A stretch of 63,113 nt of DNA, counting the filler, from Octopus bimaculoides (taxonomy: Eukaryota), in NCBI RefSeq assembly GCF_001194135.2. It is 4 parts of 4 records of this genome, joined end to end, with 100 filler letters (N's around TTAATTAATTAA, not from the genome) between each part and the next. Parts side by side here need not be neighbours in the genome. Positions count along the whole stretch, not along the records: positions 40,410 to 60,568 come from NC_068998.1; positions 60,669 to 63,113 come from NC_068983.1; 2 more parts are not named here. One strand, 5' to 3'. Within the stretch, counting starts at the first letter, position 1. Each line of letters begins with the position of its first letter. Both the position numbers and the translations under genes were made by a program. Below the pieces are notes generated by a model. That model did not search any database. It was not told the origin of the DNA and worked only from the letters and a program-made list of their open reading frames with translations. This document shows, one piece after another, positions 55,643-63,113 of the stretch.

Positions 55643-56924
55643 AGGCGGGTATTGCTTTCACACCTCACCTTATGCAAAAAATAACGAAACCCTAACGCAA
55701 TGTTGCATGCCAAACTCTTGAGTGGAAGCTTAAGTGTTTAAAGTATGAACTCTGGTCATTGAGTGAAAACTTTGTTATCGTAGAAAAATATTCGAAGGTG
55801 CCTGTATAATTCCCAAGACGATTGTGGTGGTGCCATGAAGTAAACATGCTTCAGATACACTCGTTTATTCATACAAACGTAACTGTGATGAAATATGTCA
55901 TAAATAACAGTGACAAACGAAATATACACCGCCGGAATTTATTGTTGACAAACAACAGCAGTAATTGTTTTCACCTCAATAGACGTCATTGATTGTTTGA
56001 AATTACCGAAATACGACTTTAACACGAAATAACTTCGAAAATACACAATTTTCTCAAAAACGCCAAGAGTAAATGATGTTTTATGTGACACATTCTACCA
56101 GTATACGAATTTTGAAAGTGTTTAGTTACAAAAAAATATTTTTTAAATGTGCCGACCAAAGGGAAAAGATCCCTTAGTTGCTTGGTTCACTAGAAATAGC
56201 AGCCAGTACAAGGTTTTCCTGTTATGATAACCCTGTCTTCTTTTCATATATAAATTATCTCTATTTCTAAGATATCAAAGTGAAATGTGAAGCGTGCTCA
56301 AACGAGTGATAATCGATCATTTGTTTTGGACCAACACGTCTTTACTTACCCGTTAACAGCAGCTTCGTCGTAAATTAAATAATGCCTTTGTACGCTTGTA
56401 TATGGAAAATGTTACAACTGTTCGTTTTTATTATAATGTAATCGTGGGAAAATTATAAGTAAATTTGTCGACTAGCTTTGAAAATATGTCACTGAACATC
56501 AAAACAAATCACAAGCTTCTTTCAATAGAATATAGTTTTATGCTAATTTATCGAACAAAGACGTTAGTGCACTTATACAAACAGTGGTTTCACATCTGTG
56601 TCTCAGACAAAAGATTTTAAATGATAGAGTATTTTTATGTTAAACTTAAAATTATAGGAATAAAATTAACCCTTTCTTATTCTGGCACAATGCTAGTAAT
56701 TTTGAGGAGCGTGGAAGTTGATGACACCAGCCCCAGTTATAAGTCCACAAAGTGGAGGTGCAAGAGGTGCAGGGGTTCAAACGCACCCACTAAATTTTGG
56801 TGGAGGTGGGCAATGAAAACGCTTTGAACATCCCCCTGAAAAACTTCATTGCCAAAACGAACAAGCGTAGAAACATTTTCGGAGTGATTTAAAACATTAA
56901 TAATATAAATGCGCCCTTTTAAAG

Positions 56925-57070
56925 CCTAGCCAGGCTCATGGGTCCGGTTTCTCGGTTTCAATGGCGTATGTGTTCCGCAGCTGGACGGGACGCCAGTCCA
57001 TCGCAGTGTTACTCATTCTTGGCAGCTGAGTGGACTGCAGCAACGTGAAATGATAACGATTCTCCCAGTT
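56925..57070 (-). mobile_element. 3' fragment of a CORE-like SINE (family E-related)
   Basis: CAGCTGAGTGGACTGCAGCAACGTGAAAT is the reverse complement of TTTC-CGTTGCTCCAGTTCACTCAGCTG seen at ~24530-24560. Confidence 0.65.
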
Positions 57071-57450
57071 CGTCACCTTATTACATAAAAGAATAAAATG
57101 ACTTCTAATGTTGATATTGTAGCACTGACAACCCAAGCAGCGATACAAAACAAGGCTCTGAACTAAGTATAATCGATTGACCCCCATTTTTAGCCAAGCA
57201 TACACTTACCTGACATACATACATACATACATACATACATACATACATACATACATACATACATAAGTGGAACATACATTCACTGACCTGGCACATACAT
57301 TGACCTGACACACACATATGCTGACCTGACATGTACTGATACGTAACTGAAACACACACATCCATTTAACACACATATATATATACAGAGCTGATACATG
57401 CGTACAGTGTATCTTGTGAATTTTGTGAACGGAAACTGTATGGACGCTCG

Positions 57451-57526
<76 letters not shown>

Positions 57527-57740
57527 GTGTGTGTGTGTGTATCTTTCCCCGATGTAAATCGGTGAACGATGTAAACACCTTATGATATATGTTCTACATC
57601 GAGCTTGAGACGCTTCCATTGCTTTTTTCGTAATCATAAATGTAATGAACCAATGATTGAACCATCGAAAAACTTGTAAGCAACGACGCCATAGTTCCCT
57701 AATTGCAATGTAAACTAAAAATTAAATTTTTGAAATATTA

Positions 57741-58168
57741 CTTACTCTTTACTCTCTTTTACTCTTTTAGTTGTTTCAGTCATTTGACTGCGGCCATGCT
57801 GGAGCACCGCCTTTAGTCGAGCAAATCGACCCCAGGACTTATTCTTTGGAAGTCTAGTACTTATTCTATCGGTCTCTTTTGCCGAACCTCTAAGTTACGG
57901 GGACGTAAACACACCAGCATCGGTTGTCAAGCGATGCTAGGGGGACGAACACAGACACACAAACATATACACACACATATACATACATACACATACATAT
58001 ATACGACGGGCTTCTTTCAGTTTCCATCTACCAAATCCACTCACAAGGCTTTGGTCGGCCCGAGGCTATAGTAGAAGACACTTGCCCAAGGTGCCACGCA
58101 GTGGGATTGAACCCAGAACCATGTGGTTGGTAAGCAAGTTACTTGCCACACAGCCACTCCTGCGCCTA
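57741..58168 (-). mobile_element. SINE family B, full length
   Basis: Matches 45521-45941; tail (TACTCTTT)n on the plus strand. Confidence 0.93.
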
Positions 58169-58919
58169 TGGATTTCACTTAAACCAGGAAGAAACTTGTA
58201 TTCGAATTCACAATTTAAAGTAGCGGAACTTAAAACGTGCTGCTGGGATACAGAAGCTTGGTTTGAATTTATGCAGAAGACCTCTAAGGACACCCAAGGT
58301 CGAGATACCCAAAGACCGGGCGGCGTATTGTAGATGTACCCCGAATGTTAAACCTGCTGCTCCTTGTAGGTCAATCCAGTGGCGCAGCCGGAGTGTGTGC
58401 CGCCCGGGGCAGCCCTTGGATTTCCAGCCTACCCCGCACCCTCAACCAAGCCTGTAGAAGCTTACATAGCAGGCCCCATACTGTTGCCCCCCTCCACTAA
58501 AAGCATCGATCCGAGCGAACCTTCCTTCTCACCACACCCAGCTATACAAATGGGCCTTCCACCATTGAAATAGGTTATCAACTTGCCAGAATTAGCAGCT
58601 AAACTGCTGTCAAATGACAGACTTTTACCATCTTAAAAATAGGAAAGGACTCTCGTAAGATTGCGTGGTCCCAAATGTATTGTGTCAAGAAATAAGGTAG
58701 AATGATCTCTACTTTGACCCTAGAACTTAATCTGATTTGGGGGTGGATATTGGACTGCTGATGTTGGACGTTGGATACTGTCATGAGTACTATATATGTC
58801 ATTGGGTACTGTCATAGCATGTCTTGGGCATTTTAAAAACTGGAAGTGATTTTTCATACGTGGATCTGAACATAGTCGATTTCTTCAGGAAACAAAGAAA
58901 GACAGAGAGAGAAAAAAAA

Positions 58920-59080
58920 AGGCGTGGGGGAAATCGACACCAGTACAAGACAGGTACCCCCTGAATCGACTCCAAAAAGACGGAAGAGATGACCTCTGCG
59001 AGGCTTGAACTCAAAACCTATAGAACAGGAATTTATAATGCAAGGCATTCTACCTGATGCCCTAACGACTCTGCCGACTA
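58920..59080 (-). mobile_element. Degraded SINE family C copy
   Basis: AAATCGACACCAGTAC...GACCTCTGCGAGGCTTGAACTC...CTAACGACTCTGCC. Confidence 0.6.
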
Positions 59081-59427
59081 ACCATTTGATCAGTTTACGG
59101 AGGAGACGGACAGCACTAAGATTATCAAACCTGATAAAACAAGTGAATGGAAGTAACCCCAGTATTTAATTCTATACTAAACCAGTTGTGGCCTGAGTTC
59201 ACAAAGGAAGCCCTAACTGAGAAGAGTGAGAAAGAGAGGTAATAAAACTTAGGTCTGCTATTGGCAGAAACTCTAGAAGAACGACTACTTTGACTTGTAT
59301 TAATGTATATATATATCTAAGTGTCACTCCTATTTTTAATTATTTGAAGTCTTTCTGTAAGGAAAGAGCTGGTTTCTAACAAAGATATAAAGCTCTAACG
59401 TGGAATGTGGATAAAAGAAAAAAATGT

Positions 59428-60030
59428 CACATGTTGGACTTGAGAAAAATCTAGCATATTTTTAGCGTTATGCTTACAGATGTATTTGTAATATGCGTGT
59501 TAACTGGTTGATTTCTTTTTCTGAAAACTCTAACTATTTCAGATTGTCAAATAGACATTTACTCACAAAACCAAGTTCCCCTATTATTATTACTGGAAAT
59601 GTGAATTTATAATATAGTTATAGAAGCAGAAAGTTTCGAAGTAGTGGTGCGTAGTTCTCTTCTTACTCTGATTTTTGAAAAAAATATTAATATCAGCTGG
59701 ACAGCTGACCTTTATGACGGTACACATTTTTATTTGTCCATCCCAAACTATACCAGGCCTGTTGTATTTGCATTTGAAAGATGTTTTGATGGGAATCTTC
59801 CACTAATATCCTTTTTATTGACGCTAACATATGTATTGAACAGCAAGCGGATTCTCTACATTTAGAAAGCAGTCTTTTTTTCCAGAGAGCTTCGTATATT
59901 GTTATAGTGAAACGTCGTCGCATTGGGAGGTAATAACTTGATGAGATTTTGGGGCAGCTACTGATCCCATGTGTGATGCTTTCTATAGAAATGTGACATA
60001 ATTGACATTTTTGTTTTGGTTGCATCTTGG
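59428..60030 (-). pseudogene. CCHC zinc knuckle plus restriction-like (PD-D/ExK) endonuclease relic of an R4/Dong-type LINE
   Basis: KCQLC..SIESITHGISSCPKISSSYYLPMR, WKIPIKT..KCKYNRPGIVWD, CTVIKVSCPADINI, IIGELGFV and SVSITLKIC-IFLK. Confidence 0.85.
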
Positions 60031-60411
60031 GTCTCCAAGGACTTCATTGCCTCTTTTCGGGTTTTGTGCCTAGAGTAGAAAAGAATATTAGTCAATCAGT
60101 TAAGGCAGCGAGTTGGCAGAATCATTAGCACGTCTTCCTTCCGTTTGGGGTCGATAAAAACAATAGTTTTGGCGGGAAGGTCAATATAACAATAAACTGG
60201 TCATCACAAAAGGAAAAAGCGCAGCAGAGGAGCCAAAACCACTCCACAACCTGAAGATATGGCTGAGATAGTCTGGAGATGTTGATCATAAAGATATATT
60301 TAGGAATTTAATTGCTCCAAACGAAATATAAGGGTCTGATATACTGATACATGTTGACTTTAATGATTAAAGTTAAAAATGAAACATAACCTTGTTTTCA
60401 ATAGAACATTT

Positions 60412-60461
<50 letters not shown>

Positions 60462-60517
60462 TGAGGATAGTTGAATAGTTATAAATATGGGCTGCATAGA
60501 TGTGCATACGTATCTAT

Positions 60518-60556
<39 letters not shown>

Positions 60557-60817
60557 TATATATATATANNNNNNNNNNNNNNNNNNNNNNNNNNNNNNNN
60601 NNNNNNNNNNNNTTAATTAATTAANNNNNNNNNNNNNNNNNNNNNNNNNNNNNNNNNNNNNNNNNNNNTAGAGCTATGTTTTTGGTCCTGTTCGGTTTCT
60701 GAAGCAACCCTCCATACCAGAGAAGACTAGTGGGTGTGCTGGTTTAGTTGCCTACGGCAGCTTGTATTGGATTCCATGTTACCAGTAGCTCTCATGAGAG
60801 ACTTCAGAAGTGAACTG

Positions 60818-60848
<31 letters not shown>

Positions 60849-60901
60849 CTTACGTACGTACATGCATGCATGTATAAGCAGGTGGATAGATAGATAGAGA
60901 C

Positions 60902-60954
<53 letters not shown>

Positions 60955-61272
60955 CAGATAGATAGATAGAAGAGGAAGAGTTTAGAGCACTGTTGATCTA
61001 AACTGTTAGGTATGTATTAGGTATGAGTGTTCCAATGGGTAAGCTACTAGGATCCAATTTCACAACACGGGCTGCAGTTGTGGTAGCCACTGTCCAGTAG
61101 GGAGCGAACCAGGGATTCGCAGTCTACCTCCGAGTCATACACACACACACATGCATACGGACATACATAATACATAAATACATCCATACTTACATACATA
61201 AACATACATACACATGCATTCAATTTTTACTGCTTTTTTCTTTACATTAAATACACATACATATATACATAC

Positions 61273-61333
<61 letters not shown>

Positions 61334-61389
61334 TACATATAAATATATATATTGAGAATTTACAAAAACAAAAAAAACAAAAGAGGCAG

Positions 61390-61690
61390 ACGGGTGTGTA
61401 AACAACAAACAGATGTATTAGTTTAACGCTCGGGAAGTGAGAAAGTCTTTTACGTTTTGGGCTTACGCTCTTCGACAGAAAGGAACACAGAAATAAAAAG
61501 GGAGAGAAAATAGAAAAAGGTTTAGTGGCTATCGATCTATTATGGCGCAAGTGCGGATTGAGAGAAAAGACAATAGGAAAAAGCAGAAAATACAAAAAAG
61601 TTTAGAAAAGTTCAAAAGGTTCAAACGTCGTTGTGTATTGGAGCGATTTCTCATCAAAGGAAGAGTCCAGTGTAATCCTTGGGTCATATA
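61390..61690 (-). mobile_element. Penelope-like element 3'/terminal-repeat fragment
   Basis: Minus strand ...RSNTQRRL..., weakly like a GIY-YIG C-terminus, then a pyrimidine-rich UTR with GAAGAGCGTAAGCCCAAAACGT. Second copy at 48004-48115. Confidence 0.5.
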
Positions 61691-62304
61691 TATNNNNNNN
61701 NNNNNNNNNNNNNNNNNNNNNNNNNNNNNNNNNNNNNNNNNNNNNNNNNNNNNNNNNNNNNNNNNNNNNNNNNNNNNNNNNNNNNNNNNNNNNNNNNNNN
61801 NNNNNNNNNNNNNNNNNNNNNNNNNNNNNNNNNNNNNNNNNNNNNNNNNNNNNNNNNNNNNNNNNNNNNNNNNNNNNNNNNNNNNNNNNNNNNNNNNNNN
61901 NNNNNNNNNNNNNNNNNNNNNNNNNNNNNNNNNNNNNNNNNNNNNNNNNNNNNNNNNNNNNNNNNNNNNNNNNNNNNNNNNNNNNNNNNNNNNNNNNNNN
62001 NNNNNNNNNNNNNNNNNNNNNNNNNNNNNNNNNNNNNNNNNNNNNNNNNNNNNNNNNNNNNNNNNNNNNNNNNNNNNNNNNNNNNNNNNNNNNNNNNNNN
62101 NNNNNNNNNNNNNNNNNNNNNNNNNNNNNNNNNNNNNNNNNNNNNNNNNNNNNNNNNNNNNNNNNNNNNNNNNNNNNNNNNNNNNNNNNNNNNNNNNNNN
62201 NNNNNNNNNNNNNNNNNNNNNNNNNNNNNNNNNNTATATATCATGCACGCACACATACAGTAATGTATGTATGTATGTTTGCATCTGTCTGTCTGTTTGT
62301 CTGT

Positions 62305-62394
<90 letters not shown>

Positions 62395-62395
62395 A

Positions 62396-62428
<33 letters not shown>

Positions 62429-62442
62429 GTATCTATCTATTC

Positions 62443-62830
<388 letters not shown>

Positions 62831-62950
62831 GTGTACACACACACATTAATGATTAAGTAAACTTATACACACTGCTATATGTAGAAATAGTTGTAGATAT
62901 ATATACGTATGTTTATAGCTATATACATATACATATGAATATGAATATAA

Positions 62951-63003
<53 letters not shown>

Positions 63004-63113
63004 CACATACATATATATACATACATATATATATGTATGTATGTACCAACATTATGTGTATATATATATATAAATGTATGTATGTACCAATATTGTGTGT
63101 GTATATATATATA

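Noticed and set aside
61075-61135. Possible tRNA-like or HDV-like structured RNA (GGTTCGCTCCC with a short hairpin)
   Set aside because: I could not build the required nested stems by eye.

Overview
AT-rich, gap-ridden eukaryotic scaffold with about 19 N runs, most flanked by (AT)n/(GT)n microsatellites. The repeat landscape suggests a coleoid cephalopod, probably Octopus (my inference from SINE-family recognition, not a database result). No complete or recognisable host gene, rRNA, true tRNA or CRISPR array is present, and almost all ORF-track entries are translated microsatellites or N gaps. The window is dominated by decayed mobile DNA: (i) at least five tRNA-headed SINE families, several with target-site duplications (TSDs); (ii) non-LTR retrotransposon relics (RTE-like RT, RTE/RTEX-like RT C-terminus, Tx1/L1-clade 3' end, three R4/Dong-type restriction-like-endonuclease fragments); (iii) two Penelope-like terminal fragments; (iv) two mariner relics, a hAT transposase relic and a Helitron with a broken PIF1-family helicase. 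The most interesting observations are a Dong-like LINE embedded in a (TAA)n tract, a dimeric SINE whose internal tail matches the 3' end of the Tx1-like LINE in the same window, and a minimal hammerhead-like fold in the Penelope-like repeats. A few GT-AG-bounded micro-ORFs may be exons of an unidentified long-intron gene, but this is weak. I found no evidence for a wholly new multi-gene system.
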